A DNA stretch of 64,000 nucleotides, from the NCBI GenBank assembly GCA_964016885.1, contig OZ024744.1, positions 90,830,001 through 90,894,000 of the forward strand. Reading direction: 5' to 3'. The notes beneath the pieces are model-generated. The model was not told where the DNA came from. It saw only the letters and a program-made list of their open reading frames with translations, and made no database searches. Position 1 is the first letter of the stretch, and each line of letters opens with the position of its first letter. Made by a program: the position numbers and the translations under genes. This DNA is from Eledone cirrhosa (taxonomy: Eukaryota). Below are positions 36,022 through 48,751 of this stretch, piece by piece.

Positions 36022-36026
<5 letters not shown>

Positions 36027-39000
36027 GCTGCAAGACGAGAATACAAGGACCCCCTCTTTATTTCAGACACGGATGACCAACAAAATTCCGTCACCCACAC
36101 CCCTCCCTGCCCCTCCAAACTATCCATCCCACTCTCCCAACTTCAGAGTTGGTACCATGACCGTGGGCACATTGTAAGGTCGCTCAAATGAGGTTGTAGA
36201 GATGCTTGAACGTAAAGAAGTTGATGTTTGTTGTATTCAAGAGACTAGGTGGAGAGGTGGGTCGGCCAGATTCATCGTGGGTAAAAAACGATGATATAAA
36301 TTTTCTGGGTGGGGAATGACAACGGACTGGGTGGTGTAGGAATTATGTTAGCTGAAAAATGGGTAGATAAGGTAATCGACGTAAATAGAGTGAATGACAG
36401 AATAATTAAAACAAGACTAGTTCTAAATAGAACTACTGTGACAATAATATCTGCTTATGCACCTCAATCTGGTCTACCTGGTGTTATAAAGGACAGGTTC
36501 TATGAGTCCCTAATGTTCACTACCACCCAAATAACTGACTACTGAATTATTGCTGACGACCTAAATGGTCATGTTGGACAACATAGTGATGGCTATGATG
36601 GAATCCATGGAGGCTATGGGGTTGGAAATAGAAATGAGGAATCCTGGAATTCTGTGACGCAAATAACCTAACTATCTGTAACACAAACTTCAAAAAACGT
36701 GAAAACCACTTGATCACCTATAGATCAGGGGAACACGCCAGCCAGATAGATTATATCCTTACTAGAAGACGGGACAAAATGTCTGTGGTAACACTAAATC
36801 CCTCCCCCGTGAAGAATGCACCTCGCAACATAGCCTAGTAGCTAGTGACCTCATAGTCAGGAATAGACATACTCGACGACAGAGGAGGCCTACCTTGAGG
36901 AGAAGAATATGGAAGTTGAAGGACCCCATAGCCAGTGACAAATTTAAAAACTTATTACTTGATGCCTTTGACAATAAAGAACAGCAATTAGAGACGTGCA
37001 ATATAGAGGAACTGTGGCAATTCTTGAAAGTGAACCTGCTGAAAGCAACGGATGAAATCTGTGGCTGGAGCAGACCTATTGGCAGGAGGAGAGTAACTTG
37101 GTGGTGGAACAGTAAGGTGGAAGAGACAATCAAGGCCAAAAAGCAAGCTTGGAAAGTATGGCAGGAAGGGGGAAGTAGAGAGCACTATCAAGTGGCCAGG
37201 AGAGAAGCTAGGAGACAAGTGTACCTTGCAAAAAGGGTAGCAGAGGATAGAAAGTTCAAGCATGTTCTACAACGTGAGGACCAAAAACGTGAGGTGTTCA
37301 GGATTGCTAGACAATGTGTCAAAGAAAACCGTGATATTGTTGGGGAGAAGTGTGTCCATAATTATAATGGTGTACTTGCGCTCACTGATACTGATAAGAA
37401 GATAGCCTGGAAGTGTCACTACGAGAGACTATTAAATGAGGAGAATAAATGGGAAAAAGATAGTCTGCCTCAAATCGATGCAATAGAAGGACCGGTGGTG
37501 CAAGTTAAAGATAGTATAATAAGTAAGGCAATCAAAGATATGAGGACAGGCAAGGCAGCTGGGCCTTTGGAGATAGTTGCTGAGATGTTGAAGGCATATG
37601 GTATGGTGGGACACACTATGGTCACCTGTATAGTTAACCAAGTAATACAGAATGGGGTCACACCGAAAGACTGGCGTAGCAGCATCATCATTAACTGCTA
37701 CAAGGGTAAAGGGGATGCTCTAGATAGGGGAAACTATAGAGGCATTAAGTTAGTTGACCAGGTCATGAAGGTCACAGAAAGAGTTATAGCGCAACTAATC
37801 AGAGAGCGAATTGATCTAGATGAAATGCAGTTTGGGTTTGTGTCAGGTAAAAGTACAACAGATGCTTTTTCCTTGTACGACAACTACAAGAGAAGTACCT
37901 AGCTAAAAGTAAACCCCTCTACTTAGCTTTTGTAGACCTGGAGAAAGCTTTTGACAGAGTCCCCTGCTCCATTTTCTGGTAGGCTCTTAGAAAACTAGGT
38001 GTAGATGAATGGCTTGTGAGAGCTATACAAGCTATGTATAATGAAACAGTCAGTAAGGTTAGAATTAACAATGAATATTGTGAAGAATTTAGTGTAAAAG
38101 TTGGCGTTCATCAAGGCTCTGTCCTTAGCCCCCTCTTATTTATTATTGCCCTTCAGGCTATAACAGAGGAGTTCAAGATCGGCTGCCCATGAGAACTCCT
38201 ATACGCAGATGATCTAACGCTCATAGAAATTCGAAACATGGAAGCATGGCCTAGAATCAAAAGGCTTTAAAGTTAACTTGTCTAGGACTAAAGTTCTAGT
38301 TTGTAGAAAGAAAAATATGGCACAGGTACCCTCAGGGAAATGGCCATGCTCAGTGTATAGGAAAGGAGTAGGCAGAAATTCCATTTTATATCCCAAATGC
38401 AAAGTATGGGTACATAAAAGATGTAGTGGGATAACAGGTAAACTATCTAAGAACGTAGACTTTATAAGTGGCCAATGCTCAGGTGCAATAAATAGCAAGT
38501 GTCCAAAGGATACTAGCTACTTCTATGCCCAGATGATTCTATAGAAATAGTAGACACTTTCCATTACATGGGTGACGAAATCAGCAGGGTGGAGGGTGTT
38601 CTGAAAGTACAGTAGCCAGAGTCAGAACAGGATGGAAAAAGTTCAGAGAGCTTATACCGCTGTTGGTCACAAAAGGTTTCTCTCTAAAAATGAAAGCAGA
38701 TTATATGATGCCTGTATACAAACAGCAATGTTACATGGCAGTGAAACATGGGCATTGTGTGCTGAGGACCTGCGTAGGCTGGAAAGGAACGAAGCATGCA
38801 TGCTCCGTTGGATGTGTAATAGTAATATACGTGAACGGCAAAGCATAAATGACTAAGTGAGAAATTAGGAATAAGAGGGATCAGATGCTGTTTACTTGAG
38901 AGAAGACTACGTTGGTATGATCACGTGATGCGCATGAAAGATGACAGCTGCATAAAAAAGTGCAGGGCGATCAAAATTGATGGTAGTTACAGAGTAGGTA

Positions 39001-39526
39001 GACGCAGAAAACCTGGGATGATCTGATAAATTCCGACCTCACACACTTACATCTTTCTAAGACAATGTCTCTGGACCGAGATCTTTGGCACTACGCAGTA
39101 ATACAGAAGACCCGCCTTGCCTATGTACAAAGCGAAACCTACAGTCAGTAGGTACCTCTTAACCAAATATACACCCCAATCCACTACCCCTACCCTATCC
39201 TCCCACTCCCACCAACACTAACCTCTCTCTGTAAAGTTGGTACCACAACATCCAGTCCAAATAAATGAGATAATGAGATCACGACAAAAAAACACACAGT
39301 CCACGCTGTAATGTGGCCGTGTAGGTAACACGGTAAAAAGTTCCCAGTTCCACACTGTCAATGTGGTTGGCACTAGGAAGGGCATCAAGCCATAGAAGAC
39401 TATGCAGAAACAGTCCTATATGAATGAGACACGGTCACCCGACCCAACTTGCTTCTAAATGGGACAAACCCGTCTAACCCATGCTAACGTGGAAGATAGA
39501 TGTTAATTGATGATGATGATGATGAT
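36022..39526 (+). mobile_element. RTE-clade LINE copy A, near full-length, many stops and frameshifts
   Basis: APE motifs ([19 protein letters not shown]), RT motifs (NYRGIKL, FVDLEKAFDRV, QGSVLSPLLF, YADD), (GAT)n tail. Confidence 0.95.
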
Positions 39527-39583
39527 AATATCCAGTATATAGAGGTATGTATATAGCATGTATATAGCATGTATATAGCATGT

Positions 39584-39830
39584 AATAATTGTTTCTACTT
39601 TTGGAACAAGGCCAGCAATTACCCCAGTGCATTACTGGTACTTTATTTTATCGACCCCGTAAGAATGAAAGGCAAAGTTAACCCCGGCGGGATTTGAGGT
39701 TAACTTTGCTTTTTATCCTTATATAACATGTAATAATTGTTTCTACTTTTTGGCACAAGGCCAGCAATTACCCCAGTACATTACTGGTACTTTATTTTAT
39801 CGACCCCATAAGGATGAAAGGCAAAGTTAA
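39584..39830 (-). mobile_element. Two 5'-truncated family A SINE pieces with a small internal inversion
   Basis: Family A 3' half twice; GAGGTTAACTTTGCTTTTATCCTT inverted at about 39696-39720. Confidence 0.8.
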
Positions 39831-40371
39831 ATACTGTAATTGTTAAAGAAAAAAAAGTACTTTTTTCAATTCTGTGAAAGCAGAATGGAATCCCATACCA
39901 TAGGTAGGTTTTCAGCTTGTTTTTATGCTGCAAAAGAAGGATCCCATGACCAGAAAGAGCCCACCAAAAACTCAAATTTTAAACTCAGTCAAAATTACTT
40001 TTCATCATGAGACTGTTCATATCTCCGGAAGTTATTAAGGTGGGGACTTACTGTATTTGTTTTTGTGTGTGTTTGTCATTGAGTAAGAGAAATCATTAAA
40101 ACATAATGATTCAATGAATGATTTTAACAAATCAATCATGTGGTTAGAATGTCTTCAGGAAAGAATCACTGGACAGATTGTATGGGCAAAACTAACTGGC
40201 AAGAGATCCAGGCACAGACGCCTGCCCTGAACAAGATGTTTGGATAACATACATGTGAATTTGGCTGGTCTGTTTTGCTTGTGTTCCAGCAGGATCAGTT
40301 GGAGAGGGTTGCTTCTGACAAGACCTCCTTGAAGCAGTGTTTGAAGACTCCCCCCCCCCCCACCCTCTCAG

Positions 40372-40440
40372 GAAGAAGAAGAAGAAGAAGGCGAAGAAGA
40401 AGAAGAAGAAGAAGAAGAAGAAGAAGAAGAAAAAGAAGAA

Positions 40441-40505
<65 letters not shown>

Positions 40506-40545
40506 AGAAGAAGAAGAAGAAGAAGAAGAAGAAGAAGAAGAAGAA

Positions 40546-40589
<44 letters not shown>

Positions 40590-40700
40590 AGAAGAAGAAG
40601 AAGAAGAAGACGAAGACGACGACGACGACGACGACGACAAAAAAGAAGAAGAAGAAGAAGAAGAAGAAGAAGAAGAAGGCAAAGAAGTGGGTGAAGAAGA
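40372..40700 (+). repeat. Alternating (GAA)n/(GAC)n microsatellite
   Basis: Direct reading. Confidence 0.98.
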
Positions 40701-40987
40701 AGAGTGCTGTCAGATATCACTCAAAATTGTATGTTAGTGTTGTAAGTTTTGATGACCATTGGTTGTTAACAGGTGAAACTCTCCAACTTTGGCTTCTGTT
40801 CAACATCTGTACCTTTCCACTGCCGGTCTACCTTTCCATTCATTGTCTCCAGCTGCACCCTCATACATGAGATTCTCTGCAAGATATCATATCAGAACCA
40901 AATGTGGTGAATGAGGAACTGAAGTGAGTTCTGGCCATCTTGGTCAGTAATGGCCTCATTGTTCTCCAGTATAGTGATATTAGTGAA

Positions 40988-41105
40988 GGCGCGTGGCTGA
41001 GTGGTTAGAGAATTGGATTCGCAATCGTGTGGTTGTGAGTTTGATTCCCAAGCTGGGCAATGCATTATGTCCTTAGGCAAGACACTTCATTTCACATTGC
41101 TCCTT
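40988..41105 (+). mobile_element. Family B SINE head (other family B-type copies at 41698-41850 minus, 42245-42530 plus, 52755-52950 minus)
   Basis: GGCGCGTGGCTGAGTGGTTAGAG A box; GTCCTTAGGCAAGACACTTCATTTCAC centre. Confidence 0.75.
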
Positions 41106-41299
41106 CTACCTGGAGTTGCATCCGATAGAGAGTATTAGCAATTGGAAAGACCAAAGGAAACTTTGTTTCCTCGGTCCGATTTGACGAAAGTCAATCGACC
41201 GTCTATTGTAGGATACCAACGCAACTGGGACAATGTCAAATGCAGTTCTACCAGCAGAGGAATTAATCTTCCCTAGACCAATATCATCTAATTTACCTC

Positions 41300-42050
41300 C
41301 AGTCTACCTCATAGCCACACTGAAGCTCATGGTGGCTCAATTCAATGCCCTCTTCACCCACCAGCACCTTTCTTGATGATGAGTGCATGCACATCTGAGT
41401 GGCCCTGCAGCTTGGCCTCTGTAAGTGTGAGCCACTCAAGTGTCCCTGTGGATACAAGGTTGATGAGTTCGGACTGCAATGCTCTCATGCCACCACAGTT
41501 CAGGTCAGTTTCCTTGGTATGCTGCCTAGGATAATGTCATAAAAAGGAGCCTTAATGTGGCCAGGTTTCTGTTGTGACTGGAATCTGTCAGCGTAGGTGT
41601 TCATACAAAATAACCCTATTACTTTTCGAGGGGTTAGGTCACTAATCTGGGATGACATATGTTGTGAGGCATTCTCCAGGTCCAATCTGATAAAAAAAAT
41701 CTAAAGTTTGTCTCAAGCCCAGAGTTTCATTAGCTCAGGGCTTATCCTGGTTTCCTTGGCATTAAATGACTGAGAGTACAAATTTTCCTCCCTGGACCAT
41801 CGCAAGGTTAACCCCCTAGCTACAACTGGTACTCATTTTCACCTCAGCCACAAATTCAGGCATTGCCACATATAATGCAGCAGTGCAAAGAGCTGATAAC
41901 AAAAAATCAGGATTTGACTGACCGCTTTCTATTTGTACGAGTTGCCATTGAGACCTCTGGTACCCTCGGACCTTGGACTGCTGTTTTCTAACTTCTTCTG
42001 TAAAATTGGTGTAGAGTGGAATGTGGGTGTTGCTGGCTGTTTTCCATGGC
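41300..42050 (+). pseudogene. Fossil CRE-clade non-LTR retrotransposon 3' region (zinc finger plus restriction-like endonuclease), split by a SINE
   Basis: Manual translation across stops and frameshifts: FLDDECMHI*VALQLGL..CEP..CPCGYKVDEFGL...GQFP...NVIKRSL, RSLIWD..CCEAFSRSNL, DLTDRFLFVRVAIETSGTLGP. These match the CRE C-terminal motif order. Confidence 0.7.
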
Positions 42051-43614
42051 AATCTTTTGACCTAATTTGACAGTAAGGCACAGCTGTGATCTACATCTAA
42101 ATCAAGGGTGTATAGTTTGTCTCCTTTCATCTTTTTAAAAAAATTTCTTCTTCCCTTTTTTCTCTTTTTCTTTCTTCTTGTTTATCATTTTCTCAAAGAG
42201 ATGATGAAATTACTTTTCATATAAGTGTAGTCCTATGAATAGAATGGCATGGCTTAGTTTTAAATGTGTTAGATTTATGATCATAATGTTGTGGGTTCAA
42301 TTCCTGAGCTAGGTTGTGTGTGTTGTGTTCTTGAGCAAAACACTTTATTTCACGTTGCTCCAGTATTCTCAGCTGAAAATGAGTACCAGCAATAACTGGA
42401 TGTTTAACCCTGCAATGGACTGGCATCATATCCAGAGGAAGTCATGGGTTCTCAGTCATTTCATGCCACAGAAATCAGGATAAGAACTGGCCTGATGAGT
42501 CTCTGGGCTTGAGACAGACTTTAGACTTTTAGTAGTCCTATATATAGAGTCGCCAAGAGAATAATGGGATTAATATGAATACATTTTTTGGGGTCATAGA
42601 TTTCTTCAGTCATGTATGACCTGGGGCTAAATAGTAAAATTAGAGCAGCACAAATAGAAACATACATTTAAATAAACCAGTGAGAGATGAAAGGGGTTGA
42701 CACAGGCTCATAGAGGTTTATGAGACTATCCAGGTATGGGCTGCATTTAAATGAAAACAGGTACAAAGACAACCCTTTAAATATTCCTCCAAAGTAATTG
42801 ATAATGACCCCTGGGGGTTTATAAAACCACCCTTGAAGTTGATAAATCCTTTAGGATTAAAAAATGGTTGATTGAATTTCTGTGACAAAAGCAGACATCC
42901 ATGTAAAAAAATAAAAATATGAGGGTGGACTGATAAATTCATAGGCTAACTATGAAGGAGTGATGCATTAATTTTAACTCTTCTTATTAATAACTGCATT
43001 GTTTCTTTCCAGGGACTGGTAATTCTTTGGTAATCCCATGAAAGTATCTTGGTCAGTCTATGAGCGCTTTTTCAGTCAATCGTTGTTTGTATGTGTGTGT
43101 AGTGGCCAATGGTAACACCACAGACCAGTTGATAAAAGGTTGGCCTCTGCCACCACACAACCCTGTTTGCTGTTTTGCTTCCCCATTGTGCCTTCACAAT
43201 GGACACAGTACTCTCATCAGAAGCCATTTCCTTGAGTATGTTAATAAATCTTCTGTATCAGTCAATCATTGTTTCTTCAAATAATCTTCAAAATATGAAA
43301 ACATTGTTTCACCTTTTGTGTTACATTTATGGTATTAGGTAAATAAAATGTTTTCATTTACACTTAACATCTGTACTAAATTAACAAGACATTTTTGATA
43401 AGTAGAAAACATTTGAATTAACAAACCACATGAAACCATATTAACCAAACATTCTTGTAAAGTACAAGACAGCATTATAACTATATCACATTAACTATTA
43501 AAGTTTTTACTCTAATACTGCAAATTTTCACAGCATTCTGTCCCCTAGTAAAGAGACTATAGATGTTTGAATTAACAAACCACATGAAGCCACATTGCAA
43601 GATATTATTATGAA

Positions 43615-44130
43615 GGGCGGTGAATTGGCAGTATCGGTAGAAGGTTGGACGCCATGTTTTCTAACATAGTTACGTCCCTTTACAGTCTGAGTTCAAATCC
43701 GGCCGAGGTTAACTTTGCCTTTCATCCTTACGGGGTCGATAAAATAAAGTACCAGTAATGTACTGGGTAATTGCTGGCCGTGTGCCTAAAGTAGAAACAA
43801 TTATTATGAATCTGTCCTAATTTACCTAATATGGTACAAAAAGTGAAACAATGTTTAAATATTTTGAAGACTATTTGAAGAAACAATGGTTGACTTATGC
43901 AGAGGATTTATCAACATACTTAGGGTGGTGGATTTGGCAGTATCAGTAGAATGTCGGACACCATGCTTTGCAGCATAGAATTACGGCTCTTTACATTCTG
44001 AGTTCAAATCCCACCGAGGTTAACTTTGCCTTTCATCCTTACGAGGTCAATAAAATAAAGTACCGGTAATACACTGAGATAACTGCTGGCCTTGTGCTAA
44101 AAGTAGAAACAATTATTATGAATCTGTCCT
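43615..44130 (+). mobile_element. Two family A SINEs (43615-43808, 43923-44118), both followed by TGAATCTGTCCT
   Basis: Family A consensus on the plus strand; the shared 3' flank suggests local duplication. Confidence 0.9.
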
Positions 44131-44134
44131 GGAA

Positions 44135-44440
44135 AAGATTGGTGCCAATCGATAGTTGGCTGAAACATTAAGGAAGAGGAAACTTCAGTATTTTGGTCAT
44201 GTCATCAGGGCCCAAAATTTGACTACCCACATCCTTAAAGGACGAATACAGGGGAAATGTGTCAGGGGTTGGCAGAAATGGAGATGGACAGATGTTATTT
44301 AAGGAATGGACAAGAAGGAGTTTGGCTGAATGTACAGCAATGTACAGCAATGACAAGAGACAGGAAAAGATGGAGAGTGTTAGTCCATAAGTCCATAACC
44401 TCTGACCCTCAAATATAAGGATGGGATGAGGCTAGGCTAG
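44135..44440 (+). mobile_element. Decayed 3' end of a different RTE-like LINE
   Basis: Translates RRKLQYFGHVIR...ILKGRIQGK..RG.QKWRWTD; AGGCT tail. Confidence 0.55.
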
Positions 44441-44519
44441 TTATTATAAAGTATAAAGCCACACTATGATTGCATCACATTAAAAATCAAAGCCTTTACT
44501 CTCCTTTTCACAAATAATT

Positions 44520-44912
44520 TGTCAATACTACAAATTTTCACAACAGTAGAGATACTATAAATATTTGAATGAACTAAACCTATTTTTTTTTTTTTTTTGC
44601 TAAATCATTACAGGATGTTAAGAGATAATACTGCAAATTTTCACAACAATCTGTCCACTAATAAATATACTATAAATATTTGAATTAACAAACCCATTTT
44701 TAGATATTTTCTACTAAATCATTACAGGATGTTAAAAGAGATAATACTGCACATTTTCACAACAATCTGTCCACTAGTAAAGATACTATAAATATTTCAA
44801 TTAATAAATACATTTATAGATATTTTCTGATAAATCATTACAGGATATTAAGAGAGATAATACTACAAAAAAACATTTTTAGATATTTATGGCTGAATCA
44901 TTACAGGATGTT
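44520..44912 (+). repeat. 116-bp AT-rich tandem repeat, about 3.5 copies
   Basis: ATAATACT starts at 44625, 44741 and 44857; TAAATCATTACAGGATG recurs. Confidence 0.85.
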
Positions 44913-45089
44913 GATACATAGTGCACTATAGGCTTGGACTGTAATAACTCTCATAGGTTTTAAGAACATATGAACTGCAGAAAGTTGACTCATCAAATTG
45001 GATGGTAGATTTGCATCAACACTTTTGAAACAAAACCGACTGAAACTGTTCTTGGTTTTACAGTACAAAACTGTTTATTTTAAAGTGAA

Positions 45090-45337
<248 letters not shown>

Positions 45338-45556
45338 ATGTATATTTTCCATGCTTGCGATTAGTCAGGCGAGGTGACCATATTTTTCTCATATGGATCT
45401 GTTTTCTGAATTGGTTTCTACAGCTGGATAGATGCCCTTCTTAACATCGACCCCCATCACAGTGTGGACTAAATGCTTTATATCATGGCACAAGAATGAC
45501 CACCTAACAGGGTGGACTGGGTGCTTATGTTTCAGACATCAGATTGATAATATGAA

Positions 45557-46253
45557 AGCGATGGTAGTGAGACCTGGGCGCTGAAGGTGGAAGACTTACG
45601 TAGATTAGAGAGAAACGAAGCCTGCATGCTCCGATGGATGTGTAACAGTAATATACGTGAACGACAAAGCATAAAGGAATTGAGAGAGAGACTGAGCATA
45701 AGAGGAATCAAATGCTGTGCGCAGGAGAGGCGGTTGCGTTGGTATGGACATGTGATGCGTATGAAGGATGACAGCTGCATAAAAAGGTGCAGAGCACTAG
45801 AAGTCGATGGAAACCGCGGAGTGGGGAGACCCAAGATGACCTGGGATGAGGTGATAAAAGCCGACCTTACCCAATTACACCTCTCAAAGGCAATGACAAA
45901 CGACCGTGACTTCTGGCGTCACGCAGTAATACAGAGTACCCGACCTCCCATGGGTACAAGCTGAAGCATATAGACAATATGCCCCCACACCCTCCCACTG
46001 CAAGGTGGAGGTGCCACGGCAAAAAAGCACCCAGCCCACACTGTAAAGTGGACGTGTAGGCGCCACGAAAAAGCACCCAGCACTCACTGTAAATGATGTT
46101 GGTGTTAGGAAGGGCATCCAGCTGTAGAAATCAAGCCAGATCAGTTCCTGTATGAGCAAGGCATGGTCAGCCGACCAGACACTGCCCACAACAGGACAAC
46201 CCGTCTAACCCATGCTAGCGTGGAAGAACGGACGTAAAACGGTGATGATGATG
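45557..46253 (+). mobile_element. 5'-truncated RTE copy D (second subfamily)
   Basis: GSETWAL...RLRWYGHVMR...GRPK.TW, 3' UTR and (GAT)n tail; nearly identical to 50210-50839. Confidence 0.93.
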
Positions 46254-46734
46254 AAAGTTAGTTATATAACTAAATCTCCCAAATTCATGAATATTTTCAA
46301 AATCATAGATAGTATTTTTCATCAGAAATACTAGCAGAAAAACCACCCTTTGGGTGGTTTTCTGCTAGCATGTGTAGTGTGTATAATGATATTATACGCA
46401 AGTATATATGCATGTAGATATGATACATCAAATAAAATCGTAATTGACAATATACACAGAAATTGAACGAAGACTCTGTTCCACTCTATTATGTAATCAG
46501 TAACGTAATCCATGAGACATTAAAAAAAGACGATATTATATATAAACTGCATTAGGAGAAAATTAGTGACGGAAATATATGAATATTTATTTAAGCGATC
46601 GCTAACCGGAAGTGTTGACATTTGAAAATTTTAAAGAAGTGAATCTTTAAATAAACAATAAAATATATTTAATAAACAGCCACAAAATTTAGTAGATAAA
46701 TTATGTAATATTCATTCCTTATTTATTCAAAGTA

Positions 46735-46897
46735 GAGAGCCAGCGCCATGCTTTCCAGCATAGTTACATCCCTTTACGATCTGAGTTCAAATCCCGCCGA
46801 GGTTGACTTTGCCTTTCATCCTTACGGGGTCGATAAAATAAAGTACCAGTAATGCACTGGGTAATTGCTGGCCCTGTTCCTAAAGTAGAAACAATTA
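46735..46897 (+). mobile_element. Family A SINE (further plus-strand copies at 47440-47546, 47553-47697, 53565-53830)
   Basis: Family A consensus; TTATTCAAAGTA duplicated on both sides. Confidence 0.9.
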
Positions 46898-47029
46898 TTT
46901 ATTCAAAGTAATCCAACTTATTTTACTAAGGGCATAAAAAAATTATAAACCGTACGCAGTCCCACACTCCTTACTTTATTATAGTTTAGATAGTAACAAA
47001 AAGCTTAATGCTCAGATATGAAGGCTTAC

Positions 47030-47180
47030 TCCATACCATTGGCTACCTCATCACTGTAACATTCCATGGTATGTGCATTTAGTAGCATGCATTTCAGAAC
47101 AAATTGAAAACCTTTCTTCATAACTGTTTCAATTTTTCCTCTAATTGATGGTATTATCAGCTCCTCACTTTCAATTCCAG
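47030..47180 (-). CDS. Candidate internal exon of an unidentified host gene or pseudogene (151 bp)
   Basis: Open frame GIESEELIIPSIRGKIETVMKKGFQFVLKCMLLNAHTMECYSDEVANGM; donor GA|GTAAGC; acceptor TTTAAAG|CT, with a polypyrimidine tract at the duplicated upstream acceptor (47371-47390). No protein family recognised. Confidence 0.4.
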
Positions 47181-47187
47181 CTTTAAA

Positions 47188-47348
47188 CCCGAACTGCATT
47201 TTATCTAGATCAATTCTCTCTCTTATTAGTTGCGCTATAACTCTTTCTGTGACCTTCATGACCTGGTCAATTAATTTAATGCCTCTATAGTTTCCCCTAT
47301 CTAGGGCATCACCTTTACCCTTGTAGCAGTTAATGATGATGCTGCTGG
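47188..47348 (-). mobile_element. Internal RTE RT fragment of about 160 bp between 29-bp direct repeats
   Basis: Encodes SSIIINCYKGKGDALDRGNYRGIKL...MQFGF; flanked by AGCTCCTCACTTTC(A/C)ATTCCAGCTTTAAA at 47159-47187 and 47349-47377. Confidence 0.9.
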
Positions 47349-47699
47349 AGCTCCTCACTTTCCATTCCAGCTTTAAAGAAAAAAAAATCTATATTTTTCT
47401 TATCACAACGAATCCTTTCAATGTGCTTTTTTTTTTTATTTTGGTAGGTTTCTTGCCTTTCATACTTACGGGGTCGATGAAATAAAGCACCAGTAATGCA
47501 CTGGGATAATTGCTGGCCTTGTGCCAAAAGTAGAAACAATTATTAATGAAAGAGCGGTGGATTGGCTGTATTGGTAGAGTATCAGACAATATGCTTTGTA
47601 GCATAGAGTTGCATCCTTTTATGTTCCGAGTTCAAACCCCTTCAAGGTTAGCTTTGTCTTTCATCCTTATGAGGTCAATAAAATAAAGCACCAGTAAGG

Positions 47700-48215
47700 C
47701 TAAACTGGCTCTGGTTCTTTGAAATAAAACCACCCATTCTAAAGGTTTCCTAATTTAAATTAAAATCTCCCAACTTTTTTATCTAAGAACCTTAGATTAA
47801 GTTACTATCTTTGTTACCAACCCAGCCAAAACTAGCTCTGGAAATAAAACCCACTCATTTTAAAGGTTTCCATTTTAAATTAACCAGTTCTTGTCCTATG
47901 AAATAAAGCCATCCATTTTAAAGGTTTCCAATTTAAATTAAAATCTTCCATCATAATTTTATATAAGAACCTTACATTAAGTTACTTTGTTACCAACCCT
48001 GCCAAAACCAGCACTGGTTCTTTGAAATAAAACACCTATATTAAAGGTTTCCAATTTAAATAAAAATCTTCAAACATAATTTTATAAAAGAACCTTACAT
48101 TAAATTACTATCTTACTAATGAGATAATTAATAATTTCAGTAAATACCTCAAAATTCTTCATTAATTAATTAAAATAGAATGTATTTCATTAGAAATGTG
48201 ACCATGAAAGAGTTA
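47700..48215 (-). mobile_element. Inverted copy of the TTAA-ended MITE with subrepeats of about 120 bp
   Basis: Reverse complement of 26649-27692 without the nested inserts. Confidence 0.7.
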
Positions 48216-48288
48216 ATACTACTCAGCTTAACATTGCCTCAACTCAGGTTTTTACTATATACAAAACTATATCTGACAGGAAGGTATA

Positions 48289-48329
48289 CGATGCTGACGA
48301 TAGCTAATAAGCTTGAAACTAGTTCATTG
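48289..48329 (+). ncRNA. Type I hammerhead ribozyme (R2 copy 1)
   Basis: CGATG-CTGACGA-TAGCT AATA AGCTT-GAAA-CTAGT-T-CATTG; the first pair of stem II is a T-T mismatch. Confidence 0.78.
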
Positions 48330-48710
48330 TTCCTTTGTCAGTGTTGAACAAAAGGGTGGTTGCCGAACACTGTATGGCTTAATTCGAGCTGTTTGTTTAC
48401 AAACAAACCGAACATTATAATAAATGTTCGGTGAATCCAAACGTACATATATATATATGTGTGTATGTATATATATATACATACTACTGTACATCTGTAT
48501 TCATATATGTATGTACGTATACATACTTATATTTAAGTAACAGCCGTACTAAGAGTGAGAAATTAAATTTCGTTTCATTTTTTCCATATATCGTTTTCGG
48601 TGCGCCCGGCTGATTAACTCACTCGATATGCAAATTAGGCTGCTCAGTCATTAATATGCATAAGGAAAGTATATACTTTGAGACGTTCAATCATCTGGCA
48701 GGAAGGTATA

Positions 48711-48751
48711 CGATGCTGACGATAGCTAATAAGCTTGAAACTAGTACAGCG
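48711..48751 (+). ncRNA. Type I hammerhead ribozyme (R2 copy 2)
   Basis: CGATG-CTGACGA-TAGCT AATA AGCTT-GAAA-CTAGT-A-CAGCG. Confidence 0.75.

Noticed and set aside
40080-40980. Possible ancient LINE or coding remnant around the GAA/GAC tract
   Set aside because: I could not recover convincing motifs by eye.
41500-41700. Minus-strand exon with TTTTTTTTATCAG acceptor, phase-compatible with the 47030 exon
   Set aside because: The plus strand of the same DNA carries CRE retrotransposon motifs (RSLIWD...FSRSNL), so the acceptor is probably coincidental.
42490-42520. CTGATGAG as a hammerhead
   Set aside because: No GAAA or stem III follows; it is part of a SINE 3' tail.
42918-43005. Mariner-like terminal fragment (TATGAGGGTGGACTGATAAATTCATAGGCT)
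   Set aside because: Only one end, with no partner TIR or transposase, so it is not reported as a feature.
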